A stretch of 64,000 bases of DNA from Camelus ferus. Its lineage: Eukaryota. How positions within the stretch are numbered: position 1 is the stretch's first letter; each line of letters starts with the position of its first letter. Below are positions 25,601-39,169 of this stretch, in pieces. Location of the stretch: the NCBI RefSeq assembly GCF_009834535.1, contig NC_045697.1:87980001-88044000 (forward strand), in the 5' to 3' direction. The notes below the pieces were generated by a model. That model was given only the letters and a program-made list of their open reading frames with translations, did not search any database and was not told where the DNA came from. Position numbers and translations under genes: made by a program.

Positions 25601-28159
25601 AAGGTCTAGGTAACAATAACATTGCCAGTGTTGAAAAGCGCATTGTAGTTGTTTTCCATATACTAACCATGAGGCTGGCTTATTTTTTAATGCAGTTGTA
25701 CTAAGTCCTTACTCAAAATACTCTACATTAACTTCTCTTTGCAGCTATGGGATAACAACTGATATATCCCTTATTTGCAAGAGATTCAACATTAGCAGGT
25801 TCAGCAATCACTTTCTAAGACTGTTCCATTAGGCCTGCCATTAGGAAGAAAGTAGTTTGGGGACTATCAGGTGGAATTTGAAGCTGCCCATAGTTGCAAG
25901 ACCACAACAACCTTAAAATGCCTTTTGTGAAATGAGATGAAACATTCTGTGAGGTAAAAGTTCAAAGATATTTTTCCAGCCATTTTCACTTTTGGAAAGC
26001 CCTCATAATCACTTAATTGACAGGTTACATGGCTTTTCCCACCCATTTTTCTTATTTTTATATCATAGGTGTACCTTGTTTTAAAAATTCTGACAGAAAA
26101 TTGTCAAGGAAAATGACAATAACAAGGAAGGATCTTTATTTTTATAAAAGAGTTCTGTATAGATATCATGCATTTAAATATTCAACCTCCAAAAGTTCAA
26201 TTTATATGCAGCTGTTTAGCTAGGTGGTTTTTGCATTGAATCCTTGTAAACCGTAATCCTTTAATTTGGTCTCTTCCACAGCAGTAGCTTGTATTTAAAT
26301 ATTTTAAAGAAACATTTTCAAAATAATGTATTTCATTTCTTTTTCAAAGAACTGTTCTATTATTAGGAAACACTAATTATTCTCTTTTAAACACGATCTT
26401 GAATATTTTCCACACATCTACTAGGTTTTTTCTAACTGATTTCATTTAGTCACCAAGTGGCTGTCCGATTATTTTATTGAGCAGTAAAATGTGGTTTACC
26501 ACTAATAAAATGATCTTGGGAGTAGAGAAAAATATTTAGCCAGGAATACAGTGTTTCTTTTTTTTTTTTTTTTTTAGTAGTAGTTTACTTTGAACTGGAA
26601 GTTGGAAGAAATTGAGGAATCAGCAAAGTAAAAAATATAAATATAAATATACATGTTCTTCAGCAGTTTTTGTGACAACTCCCACAGCTTTCTTCAACAC
26701 AGAAGCAGATTCTATAACTGCTGTTCTGTTTTCTTCTAAGCAGTTGTAGTTCAAGGAGAAGAGAAGCAGATCAAGGATGAGTTGCTGCTTCGCTCATGAA
26801 ATTTTACAGGCTTTCCTAGACATAGGATATACACAATTTCCGTTTTGTCTGAATCTAAAGCAGTTTTGTCATAACCTTTGTTGACTGTGTAACAATAAAG
26901 AAGGCTTGAAAACCTTATTTATTTTTTTAACCAGTGTAAATGCAACAAAATATAAACCAGTTTGAGTTTATTATTCAAAACAATTCTAAGACGTATTTAC
27001 ACGATTTGTACTAGTAGAGAAATTCCTTGCCAACATCTCTGGGATTCTCCAAACCATTGGTAAGGCTTTTAATAGCAATTTTTAAGGGGAAACCGCACAC
27101 AATTTTGCAGAATTTGTGCTGTCCCACAGAAACTATTCGTTAGATTCTGAGCCAGGCCACCCCTGGAATGTCCATTCCAGCATGAGAGGGCTAACATCAA
27201 GCATACTGAGTAAATAAAGGCTGGTTTGTTTGGTGTAATGGTAGGAAATTTCCTATCATTGTGGCCTTAACAAGGGTGAAATCTCTGAATATACTCAGTG
27301 TGCACAGACCTGGAAATACTATCTCCTCTTAGGAATGAGCTGGAGGTAGGCCAGTGTACATTGGGAGCAGTATATGTTGAGAGAATTTCGTGAGTTTAGA
27401 TAGAACAGGAGAGAGGGACTATAAACAATCATTGCTTTTATACATGCTGATGTAGGAAGTGATGATTCTTTTACCTCCAGAGCTGTACATAAAAATAACT
27501 CTATTTGTGAGAAAATGAGGAGGATTTTGTTACACCTTGTATGTAATCAAAATGATCTTCCCCAAACATATTTGATGTTTATTATAGAAGACTCATGTAA
27601 GTTATGATATTGGTAGACATTGGACTCTCTGCCTTCCTTGGAACTTAGAGTTAACTGTTTAAACAAGAATCAGCAACTTCAAGTGTAGCTCTTAAGATTT
27701 AAATAGGCTATTGGCCAGGTTGTGAAACTTAGCAGAGTTGTGCATTCTCTTCCCTTCCGCTTCTTATTTTGTTTTTCTTTTCCTTGTCACTGCTTTATAT
27801 CATTCCATGTCCCAGCTTGTTAAGGGCTTCAGGCTAGTTGGTAGGTACTATGTACATTCTAAAGATTGATGTCTACTCACAGGAGCGTATCCAACAGTGC
27901 TCCAAAAAGATCATAGTTTTCAGCAGCTGTCAGTTGCTATATATATATATATATGTGTGTGTGTTTTTTTTTTTTTTACTGTCTCAGTGGTAGACCTGAA
28001 AGCATTTATTTTTAATTGATTATTTCTTACTAATAACTAGGTTCATCTTAGAGGAGGCATTTTGTACTTTAAAATGATGTATGATGAACTTTGTTGTTAA
28101 TTACTCATAGGAACTCTGGCCTCTTTCCTTTGATCATAGTGTATTTTCTGACATTAGCG

Positions 28160-28340
28160 ATAATAATAATAACTAATATTTACTGATTAACTCAATGCAC
28201 CAGGCTCTTTTCTCAGTGCTTTATTTTTATTAATTATTTTAATCCTGTCATCAGTAGTACACATACTATCCCCTGTTTGCAATTGAGGAAATAGAAATAC
28301 AGAGAGGCTAAGTAACTTGTCCAAGTTCATTCAGCTAGTA
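28160..28340 (-). mobile_element. MIR SINE
   Basis: AACTAATATTTACTGA...TTAATCCT...TGAGGAAATAGAAATACAGAGAGGCTAAGTAACTTGTCCAAGTTCATTCAGCTAGTAA. Confidence 0.85.
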
Positions 28341-28479
28341 ATTTATGAGTTTATGAAACTCATAAATAGTGCCCGATTACATCAAGAACACCTTAACATT
28401 GTCAGTTATTACAGCTTAGATTTGACTAAAATACTGGATTATGTGTTAGTACCAGGGAAAGACTATTATATTTGGAATA

Positions 28480-28735
28480 ACAACAACAGCTAGTAATTAT
28501 ATATTTTCTGCCAGGTAACTTCTAAATGCTTTATACATATTAACCAATTTAATCTTCACAACAGTCTAATGAGGTAGCTTCCATTAACATATCCAATTTA
28601 CAATGAAGAAACAAGGCTCGGAGGAGTTAAATAACTTGCCCAAAGTCACAGAGCTCGTAAGTGGCAGAGCTGGAACGTAACCAGCCAATTTGCCTCAAGT
28701 CTATTGCTTTGACCACTATGTTATGTGTTTCTCAA
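28480..28735 (-). mobile_element. MIR SINE
   Basis: TTTAATCTTCACAACAGTCTAATGAGGTAG...GAAGAAACAAGGCTCGGAGGAGTTAAATAACTTGCCCAAAGTCACAGAGCT. Confidence 0.88.
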
Positions 28736-29859
28736 ATGCCATAGGGGTTATATCCTTAGTTTAAATTAGGGCCTTTTCCCAAGCTTCTGTATTTACTTTT
28801 GTTAGCATTTTTTATAATGTTAGTGAGTATGTATTTTTATATTTCTAATTCTAACAAAGTCCTTGTCATCCATTAAGCAATTAATACCTATCTAAGTAAA
28901 TAATATACGTGGCATATATGATATAAAATTGTCAGAGTAATATTTAAGTATTGAGAAAAAGAGCACTGAAACTGATACCACAGTGAATCATCTAAAATTC
29001 TTATCAAGGAAAGTTACTGAATGGCTATATTGGATTTTTCTAATGACCCATTTTCCAGTCAGTGGTTCTTTTCTTGCTATATCTAGATTTTGAATTCCTA
29101 TGGGCAGGAAATATTCAGGAATCCCACTGCCATTGTGAAATTTGTCTCAACCACAGATTCAGAAAATTAGTAGCATCCGCCACAGGATGCTGAGACCAAA
29201 TGGCAAGCTCTGAAGGAATCCCTTCTCCAGCAGGTTGTTTTTGCTTTCCTAATAAATACTTGTTCACTTCCTCTTGAAAAAGGAATAACTTTAAAAGCAG
29301 AAATTTGAAAATCTCATAAGATTTACAGGATAAACTCTCTTCCATATAAATCACTTTAGCCTATAAGCAGTGAGCAAGCTTTAAAAAGGCCAGTTTTAAA
29401 GACTCAAGCCTCTAGGATAGTTTAGATAAGGTTTGAGTAAGTGGCCAAATGTTCTGAACTAGAATTCCAAGCCTGTTAGTAATGATAATATTATTTAGCA
29501 CTTAGATAATTCTTTTTGCAGGCAGTAACCATTAATCATTCATCTCCCCCTGTGTACTATGCAAGTTTTAAAATAATCAGTTTATAGAGGCAAATGTTGA
29601 AGTTGAGAGGTGAAGAGTGTATTCAGGGTCATAACCTGGGTTTATTGCTTGAGCCAGAATCTGACATGTAGTTTTTCTGAGTCTTTATCCCTATCATATT
29701 CCACAAGCTACTAACTTAATTCTGTGCCAAGATTTTTTTGTTTAGTGTAACTATCTGAATACATGAAGTCAGTTAAACTCTGCTTATAATACTCATATTG
29801 TTTATGGGAGACAGTGGAAGGAGTTGAAAGACCTACAATGGATTCCTTATTCAAATGTG

Positions 29860-29990
29860 TACTGGCTCTGGAATCGAGCTAATTTCCAAGTTTTCTTGAG
29901 CCTCAGTTTTCTTATCTGCAAAATGGGACTAATATGTTTCACCTCACGGGGATTTCTGAGAGTTAAATATGATAATATGTATGGATAATT
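29860..29990 (+). mobile_element. MIR SINE fragment
   Basis: TTGAGCCTCAGTTTTCTTATCTGCAAAATGGGACTAATA...CACCTCACGGGG...GAGAGTTAAAT. Confidence 0.75.
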
Positions 29991-30089
29991 ATTGATAGAT
30001 GTCATTTTTGAAGTTTCCACTATATATAAGTCACTTCAGTTCAAATTCTCAACAGCCAATTTATTTTAATCTGATTTTATTGGTTTGTT

Positions 30090-30530
30090 TATTTATTAAT
30101 TCAACGGGTATTTTATTGGATGACTACTATGCATGTTGTCTCATAGAATAATAAGCAAGACAAACTTTCTGGTCTCCTGGAACACATAATCTTTGAGAAA
30201 GGGTTGTTTACAATAAACTAATAAATAAATATAAATGTGAGGTATAAATTCCATATAGGATAAATTGTGTGATAAATTCCTTGAAGAAAAATAAAGCCAG
30301 TAAGAGTAAACGGGATTGATTTGGCCTGGGTATTGTTTTATAGAGGGTGGTCAAAAAAGTTTACAGATAAACATGTTTGAGGAAAGGTATAAGAGAACTG
30401 TGGGAGATGGTCTTGGGATATTGTGGAGAGGGTACTTTCTAAGTAGAGAGACTAGCAAATTCAAGTCTCTCTGAAATAGAGTGCCAGCAATAGAGGTCAG
30501 ATTCAAGATATATTTTGGCATGGCTGAGAT
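30090..30530 (-). mobile_element. LINE-2 3' end
   Basis: ATTTATTAATTCAAC..GTATTTTATTG..TGACTACTATG followed by typical reverse L2 3' sequence. Confidence 0.65.
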
Positions 30531-33149
30531 ATAATACAAATTCAATAGATAAGGTTAGAAATGAGGATATAGATTTAATATCATAATCTCCATTTTAAAG
30601 AACAAGTGTCTTAGAAATGTAACAGCAAAACCAAATTATAAAAAGAAGATACAAATGCCTATCTAGTACTGTGTATTCAACTAGACCGATTTCCTCCAAA
30701 AATCATTATCTATGATGTTTATCCATCTCAACCCCATCTGCATAAGGTTCTCTGTTCAGAATTGGCTGGTAAGTCACAGAGTACTGAACTGTACTGCGGA
30801 AAATGTAAGAAACAGAATCAAAGTATTAGGCAGTTTGGCCAGAGTTAAACATACACATGAAAAGAAAAGGTTTGTTTAGTCTTTTCAGTAAATCTCTGAG
30901 GTTATCTAATTCATTTTTTTAACTCATAAATATCTTATCCCATATGGGGGTTGGGGAGAAGGGAGAAGAAATTCAAATACTTTAGGACAAACCTCTTAGA
31001 GAATGTTCCAAGAAGAACCACGTACCTCAGGCTACTCAGATACAGAAGTATATTACAGTGAATATGCTACAAAAGAATTTGTTAAAGTAATTACCTTTAC
31101 TGTTCAGTGATTTCCATAGCAACCACACAATGACTCATATACAAAATCAGGCTCTAATGAAAGGAACAGCCATTTTACTGTGCCAGATTACCATATATCC
31201 CTGTTTTCTTTCTATGTAGGATTAAAGCCAGATACTGTATATAACTGTTCTATGGACTATTTAATAAGCATTTCGTATTTCATTTAGTCCTCCCGTCAAT
31301 CATTATTATCTCCATCATGTGGATTAGGAAAGATTAAGAGAGTTTAAGTAATTTGACCAGTATGACACCAGGAGTAAATGTTAAAGTTTGGATTCCAGAT
31401 CTGCAGAACTCCCAGTTTTTAATTTTTTCCAGTATTTCATGTTGATGAATGCCCGTCTGAGAAGAGATTGTTCCTGATTATTTTAGTTTAAATATCACAT
31501 TTTTCAAGTCACAGTGGAACTGTTTTTACAAAACAAGATCTAAGGAACAAAGGAACTAGAGTTCTTTGATGGGCATTTCTTTATTGTCTATCATCACATT
31601 GACAGGTAACCTAGGCAATACATGTGGAATCCAGAGCCACTACATGTGGTTGTTTCTCCTGTGTCCTGCATAGAGACATTTAGCCAGGTGGGAATGATGA
31701 GCTAAAACCCAGGGAGCATTCTGCTTACCATGCTTGTGTCTTGCCTAGGAACCTCCTTTAGGCTACAGGAAAGGGAAGGGTATTTTGTCTAACTGATCTG
31801 CAGAGGGGGCACCTTTTTGCAGTGTTTCCTGTTTGTGCTGCAGGAAAGAACCTCTTTTTAGTTTGCACAGTGACCTGCCGTTTTTAATAGCAACTTCAGT
31901 ATAACCTGATACTTTTTGAATATTAGCATCCTTAGGAGCATGGGACGTTGCACAGGTATGAATCCCCTTATTTGTAGGGACTTCATAAGACCAGAAAAAA
32001 CTCATTGACAAACAGCAAAAAAGTAATAACAAAGTCCAGCAAAAGGGTAAAGACAAATTCTTAATATCTGAAGTTGTTACAAATAGACTTCATCATATAC
32101 TAGGAAAAAAAACTCCTACAGGTCCTGATACTACAGTTAATGAGACTTCCACTTTGTTTTACATGTTTTATATTGAGAAGCACTCAAAATTATTTTAAAA
32201 TTTATTCTATGTACCTAAATTGCTTTCAAGGGACCATTTAAATTAATAACGTGAGTTTTGGTGGAAACATTTTATATCAAATCACATTGATTAGAGGAAT
32301 TCTTAATATGGAAAATAAGAGTAGGCTCTCTAGATAAAGATAGTCCATAGCTTATTATACTGGCTAACTTTTCTATTATTGAATGTCTGTTAATTTTCAA
32401 AAAATAAACATAAAGAAATGCAAAATATAAAATTTGATTTGCAATTTAGTCTAGACTTTCATATCTTTAGGAATTACCAGAAATGCTTTCTGTTTAAATT
32501 ATGGCCTTTTCTTCTTTGAGTTTTTATTGTTATTATTGCCTTTAATTTATTACATAGCAGAAGAAATGAAGGGTTTGAGGAGATAAAATTTTGTAAATAA
32601 AAGAATGTAGAGCATGAGTTACTTGCTTCTTCAAAATATATATATTTTTCTCATCAGATTACCAAATTTTATTTCCCTGAATTGAGCATTTAAGGCTGTT
32701 TTGAGGAGGAAATTATTCCTTTGGGTGACTCAAGCCTTTGATGTTCTCACCAGCCTTGGCCCACTGTATTGGAAAAAATTAGGACCACAACCTTGCTGAA
32801 GTTTGCTACAAATAACTGATCTTTTTCCTAGTGGTATTCTATGACCTGTGCTGATTTTTTTAAGCTAAACAGTTATGGCACTGAAGATTTTAGGTAATTT
32901 CTGCTGACTCAAGTTCATGGTAATATAAATCATATGTCATCAAGCAGACATATAAGTAGAATTCATAGAGGAGGTCAAAAAGATTTCAGATGCTTATGAT
33001 AGGCATACTTCCACCATAGTCTCCAAAGCCCTCACTATTTGACAGAAATTATGAACATTTACAGCTACACTTTTCCAGATCAACTGCCTTTGAATGATTT
33101 TCAGAACTCTGAGCCATTACTAAATGCCAAGGAAAGAAATTAAGCAAAG

Positions 33150-33350
33150 AAAAATTGGACAGACCCTCAGGAAAAGTTTCCTAATTGTGAACTTATTAAA
33201 ATGTGAAATAAATATCCTCTTGGGGAGAGGATGGATGCCCATCTCTGAGGCTTTAGAAATAAGGCTAGAGCAACTCTTAGAAAAGAGAATTGAGGGTAGA
33301 ATTTATTACTGGCAAGGAAGTTGGATGACATAGTGGGTCTTTTCCCTCTC
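33150..33350 (+). mobile_element. CR1/L3 LINE 3' end relic
   Basis: CAGGAAAAGTTTCCTAA...CCCATCTCTGAGGCTTTAGAAATAAGGCTAGAGCAACT...GAAGTTGGATGAC resembles the L3/CR1 3' end. Confidence 0.55.
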
Positions 33351-34299
33351 TCATACTAATAATACTTCTTTGATGTTTTCATTTAAGTGGTAACTTAGTT
33401 TCAGAAGCAGGTATTTGAATGCAGGGAGTGGACTCAAGTTTCAATGAAACTTCACCAGAGAAAGTCAGAGATGAAGGCCACCACTGATTATATATTGTAC
33501 TTACTTTTAAGTTTGACCATGGAAAACCATTGGACGGCCACCTAATACATTTCCTGGCACATTCCAGTTGTGCCTAGTCTTCTTTATCTGTATGTTTATC
33601 TTGCTCAATGTGTGCTACTGCTTGTCTGAAAAAGAAATATTTTTGTGTGCCTGTTAAAGCTAGCCGTGGTGTATGCAGCTCTACCCTTTGCATTTATACA
33701 AGGCTGCCAGCCTTCTGTTTTTTCCTGCTTGCTCTGTGTGCAGACCTATAAATCCAATGAAGCTGGGCTGAAGAAGCATATGAGCAGCTCTTTAGCATTA
33801 AGAATGTGATGGGAGAGATTGAGATAGATTTGAACTGTCACCATCAATCACAGCCAATGAAAAGGCAGCTTTCCAGGTGGTATAAGGCCCTCTATTTGCT
33901 GGTACCATTTTCCTCCTTTCATCAGGTATCTAATAAGAGAAAGTATGAAGGATTTGCACATGAAACATTTCCACAATGAGTTCAAGTAGGTGAATAAAAA
34001 TATTGTAAGTGGGATTTTACTGAATGTAAAGACCATCCTCTTGTTTTAAAAAATTATTTATTTATTTATTTATATCTTAGCACTCTTTTTAAAAAAAATA
34101 ATGTCTTATAACAATTTAATTATACAGATGAGTGGAATTAATTAAAACAATTACATAATGTTGAGAGAGTCATAATATTATTTGAAAAGTGGTAAAATTT
34201 CTCATTTAAATGAGGGCCTAATATGTCAAGAATTCACATTGCTAGGGTAAAGCTCTACTAAAGAGTAAAGAGTGTACATCAGTACTAACAGGGGGGAGA

Positions 34300-34480
34300 A
34301 CAAAATTTAGAACAAAATCTTGATTAATCCCAAAGGAGCTACTATAGAAGAGAAAGAATGTAAAAAGTTGAGACAAGCAGAAAATATAATGTAAGATAGG
34401 AGACATAAATCCAAATATAAGAAAGATAATAATCTATGTCACTGAATTAAATATTCCAATTAAAAGACAAAACTTGTCTG
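34300..34480 (+). mobile_element. Old L1 inter-ORF / ORF2-start fragment
   Basis: AAATCCAAATATA...ATGTCACTGAATTAAATATTCCAATTAAAAGACAAA matches the endonuclease N-terminus NVNGLN.PIKRQ. Confidence 0.65.
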
Positions 34481-36526
34481 TCCCACTTGTATCCTCAATT
34501 AAACCAGAAAACAGAACTAATAATACATTTTCCATTGTTTCTTACAAACATTTTTTTTCTTTTAGTTTTCTATTTACTCTTTTCTTTCTGGAGATTTCCC
34601 ACTACTGATGATGATGAGATTGATAGGGAATTGTCAAAAAACACATGATATAAATCTCAGTACTCTTGAACCTTGTGGACCACCTTATTTGATCTCTTGT
34701 CTTAGGCCAGCTGTACAGGGGTTCCTCAGCATTATTCATCGGTCCCTTATCCTTTCTGAGTAACAAAATGAAATACTGTGAAGACAAGAACCTCAGTATA
34801 CTTTGTCTTAATTATTCAATAATTGGAATTAGGATTTAGCAGAAGCACTTCGGATATTTCTGATTAGTTAATGTAAAACTGACAGAAAGCTTTTATAATT
34901 GAATCACTTGTAAAGATGTATTATTGTTTGGCTTATTTTTTTATCTGGGAGAATCATAACATGTGCATGTGTTTCTACTGTCACTTGCAGCTCAACAGAA
35001 ACCTGTAATATACATGAACGTTTCCTGAAATTTATGAGATGAGAAACTGCTTATCTCATATTTCCTTCCTTAGCATTCCAGGATCAGAAGAGCATATATC
35101 ACAGAGCAATACAAATAACTGGTAGCACATAATATACACATTTATATAAAGAAATGAACAAATATTTTTTATGGCAACAGTTTAAATATAACATGACTCT
35201 CTAGTTTGGACTATGGTGAAATATATAAAATCTGCTGTAAATTATCAGCTCTCCCAAATCTTTCTGTCATACCACTAAGAATTTCATAACATGAAGACCA
35301 AGATAGAAAATATGTCTTTTTCCTATGGACTAGGGTTACCCACCCTGAGGATAACTTTAAATCCAGATTAATTTAGACCCCTGTAGATCTGATCTGTCCT
35401 TGGGACAATAACCAGCCCAAATACTTTTTCTTCAAGGTTGAAGTTCAGGATAGAGATATAAATCTGTTCAGACACACCAAGGAACAAATAAGTCACATGG
35501 AAGAGATGGAGAATGGAGCTGCCAGAGGGACAAAATGGAAAGATAGATGCTGAGGAAAGGTGCAAAAAGGAAAAAATATAGACTGGTTAGGGCAGTGTGG
35601 ACTTGTCAGACATGGAGGAGCTCTCAAGTTATAAATTGCTCAGAGAAATTATTGCAGTATCTTGACATAATACAAAAAGGAACATATCTGTACTCAGGAG
35701 GAAGACCCAAGTTGAAGTCTTGGCTCTATTTCTCACTGATAGTGGGACGTTGAGTAAGTTACTTCTCTGCTTCAACTCTCCAATTCTGCATCTATGAATT
35801 TGAAAAAAATTGAGTTGGATATCCAAGTGCACTTCAGCTTTCAGTTTTAATCTTCAGTGCCATCCTGGTGGGTTGTAATTGAGGGTAGTTAAGTGTTACA
35901 TAAGACCGTTTGTGTTGGAGTGTACCCATTGGTATGAGTCTTATTCTCAGTAATTTCATGAGAACGTAGTATTTGACTGGCACACTTGTGGGCCGTGAGG
36001 ATGAGATAGGATATGAGGCAAGATCCTGGTTTTCAAATAGGAACCTGAATGTTGTTTATTTGATTAAAATCCTGCTGCACACGAAGCATTAGCTTCATCA
36101 CTATGCATATAGTGATGAAGAACTAGCATATAGGAGAAGAACTGATTTAGAAAGAAATAGGCTTTGGACTGAGGGAAATACAGAAATTATCGGCTGATAA
36201 TGCTTTCCAGGACTATTTGTTTTGATTAAGCCAATGAAAATAATGGCAGTTATGAGAATCCTTCTGAGTTTAAAAAAATAGCTAAGTTTTCTCCTTGTGT
36301 ATTATTATGTCATTTTGTTTCAGTTGATCTTCCAACCCAGGAAATGTTTCTAATATAATTAATTATAGTAAAAGGTAGAAATAGCATTAGTTCTCCTCAC
36401 TCATTTTCCAAGCAAGATATTTCTTAACTATATATACCTGTGTACTTATATGTACCTAAATTGGCAAGTTAAAATTTGTCTAAGAGACCATATATCCTAG
36501 CTTTCTGTCAGTAATTTTCAAATATA

Positions 36527-36660
36527 CTGATTACCTCAGTTGGTTAGAGCCTGGTGTTTTAGAGCCCAGATTTGGTTCCAGTGAATTCTCACTAATTTCC
36601 CAACTGAAGCGCTGTGTACACTACCGGCCTGCCAGAGTGAGGACAAAATGTTATGAATGA
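36527..36660 (+). mobile_element. Ancient tRNA-headed SINE relic (MamSINE1-like)
   Basis: ACTGATTACCTCAGTTGGTTAGAGCCTGGTG resembles a tRNA D-arm/A-box head (TAGCTCAGTTGGTTAGAGC). There is no complete cloverleaf. Confidence 0.35.
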
Positions 36661-37537
36661 TCGTTCCCCCAAAGAAGGAACAATGGTGTGTTTTCTAAGT
36701 TAGCTGTTACGAGAGATTTAGTCCAATGGACATAAGCTTGAAGAGACATGTTTTGATTATATTCTAGCTGTGGTTCTATAGCATCTTCTTTTAGAACTTG
36801 GCTCTAATGCAAAGTCTCGGTATAAGTTAAGATGGATGAACATAGGGCTTTTGTGAGATAAAACTTGACATTTGTTGTAGTGACATTGAGGTAGGATTTG
36901 TTACATTCCCTTTACAACTCATAGTCTCAACAATTCTTTTGAAAATTCTTCTGGCCTCCTTTCCTTAGTTAGAAACATTTTCCAGCTGGAAGATATATAC
37001 AATGACTTCTACATGTCATCCTGCTGGTTTCTAAACATAATGGTCAGGCTGATGTCTACGATATAGTTTATTTAGTCTTTTTCTTTGAATCTGTATCTTG
37101 TTTTGTGCCTGTCTTGTCTCCTAGCTCAGTGGAACAAAAAATGTCCTGGCCAGCTGCCGCCTTGTGGAACAGCTGCTTTCAGCTCTGGGAACCTGTAAAG
37201 TGGGAGTAGGCAGTAAAAATGGGGCTTCCTACTCCTAAGACTTGAACACTCCTTTGCTGTCAGTAGGTCAAATGAGATTTAATCAAGGAAAACCAAGTTG
37301 AATAACTTTTATTTTTTACATTCTTTATCTTTACTGACATTTCTGCCCCATATGATACTGTTGACCCAGCTCTCCTTAAGATTATTTTTCTCTAGCTCTT
37401 ATAATTTTACTCTGCCTGACTTACTGATGATTCTTTTTGTGGGTTCTCCTAACCAGTTCTCCTTAAAATGTGCTATTCTCTGCATTTTATTCTTCTTCTT
37501 TGGTATCTTATTTAGCTTCATGTTGTATATTTTAAGC

Positions 37538-37735
37538 CAGTGGTTCTCAAACTTTAAGGTAGTGGCTTTTAAATTTGACTGCATATCGGAATCATTTATG
37601 AGATTTTCTAAATACAGGTACCTGGGCTTCTGCTCTCAGAATTTGGAGTCAGTGTTTTCAGGGTGGAGACCAGCATCTGTTTTTTAAAAATACTTTACGG
37701 ATGATTCTTAAGAGCTTTCAGTTTGAAAATCACTA
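37538..37735. mobile_element. MER5A-type hAT-Charlie MITE
   Basis: Terminal inverted repeats CAGTGGTTCTCAAACT ... AGTTTGAAAATCACTA. Confidence 0.8.
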
Positions 37736-38052
37736 CCCTCATGAATCATCTATACTCCCAAACAAACAGTCCAGTGATTTCTGAGTCTTTATTCTGATCC
37801 TTGGTTTCTCACCTGAGCTTCAGACCCATACATCAAATCTTCTAAGAAACATCCTCATGTAGATTATTCACAGTTATTTCAACTTCAGTATATTCAATCA
37901 AACTTATTATTCAACCATCCTTCCATTCACAGTCTATCTCTTCTTTTACTCTTAGTTCTGATAATGCCCCTTGGACCAAGGGGAAAACCTATTCATCCTC
38001 AGCTTTTTGCTTTCCTCATTCTTGTTCTTTCCATCAATCTTCATGACATATT

Positions 38053-38409
38053 TGTGGTGGTTAATTTTACGTGTCAACTTGGCTGAACCACTGTGCCCAG
38101 TAAATGGTCAAACATTATTTTGGGTGTTTCTGTGATAGTGTTTTTGGACGAGATTAACATTTAAATTTGTGTACTTTTTGTAAAGCAGACTGTCCTCCAC
38201 AATGTAGGCGGGGCTCATCCAATCAGTTGAAGGCCTGAATAGAACAAAAAGAATGACCTCCCCCTAGTAAGGGACAATTTTCTCAGCAGATAGCCTTTGG
38301 ACTTGAACTGCAGCATCAGTTCGTCCCTGGGTTTCTAGCATGCTGGTCTACCCTGCAGATTTTAGGCCTGCCAGCCTCTACAATTGCTTAAGCCAGTTCC
38401 TTAAAATGA

Positions 38410-38440
<31 letters not shown>

Positions 38441-38501
38441 AAATTATATAGTTATAACAGAACTAACTATTGGTTCTGTTTCTCTGGAGAACCCTAATAC
38501 A
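38053..38501 (+). mobile_element. MLT2B-type ERVL solo LTR, inserted in an L2 (~37740-39130), with an internal (CA)n
   Basis: TGTGGTGGTTAATTTTACGTGTCAACTTGGCTG...CAATCAGTTGAAGGCCTGAATAGAAC...CTATTGGTTCTGTTTCTCTGGAGAACCCTAATACA. Confidence 0.9.
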
Positions 38502-38852
38502 CAAAGTTCAGTTCTTTCTCTTAAATCTGTCTCTTCCTTTCATTTCCACTGTTTCTCCTTAGCTTTAGGCTTCCATCATCTTTTGCCTGGGATGACCCTA
38601 ACTGGTGCTGTCTCTGTTATCAGTCTTACTTCCATCCATCAATTTTCCACACTGCCTTGAATGTGATTTTTCTAAATTAGTAAGTCTGTTTATATTATGT
38701 TTATGCTACTACTTAGAAACCTTGGATGTTTCACTGTTGTTTGCTGAAGCATTAAACTCTAAATCCTTTGCGCACAAAGCATTTCACAACATTTTACATC
38801 TATGCTTAAGCATCAGCTTTACTCAATTTCCAATTTCTCTCTTCCCATACTA

Positions 38853-38855
38853 ACA

Positions 38856-38907
<52 letters not shown>
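38853..38907. repeat. (CA)n microsatellite
   Basis: Long, near-perfect CA run. Confidence 0.95.
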
Positions 38908-38908
<1 letters not shown>

Positions 38909-39169
38909 TCTCCAGCCAGGAAACCATTTGCATCCCCTTATTCCATGCTTCTTCTCAACGACTATGTGCATATTTTTTCGTCTCCTTGGAATGCCCTTCC
39001 CTTATCTCCAGTTTATACAGTTAATTCTCTCTCATCTTTCAAACCTAGCACAAATATCACATTTCCTTGGAACTCCACCAGGCAGCAACTGGCTTTTTTA
39101 TTTCTGGGTTCCTATAACACATCTAAGAGCATGATTGAACTCAATGGCTGCCATTCGTTGTACATTTAC

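Noticed and set aside
17628..31763. Other minus-strand AG...GTAAG microexon-like segments (~17628-17656, ~20324-20343, ~23890, ~31729-31762)
   Set aside because: These are expected by chance in AT-rich DNA. One lies in an apparent old L1/HAL1 relic, and they give no coherent recognisable product.
36527..36600. tRNA gene
   Set aside because: Only the D-arm/A-box-like head is present. There is no intact anticodon arm, T-arm or acceptor stem.
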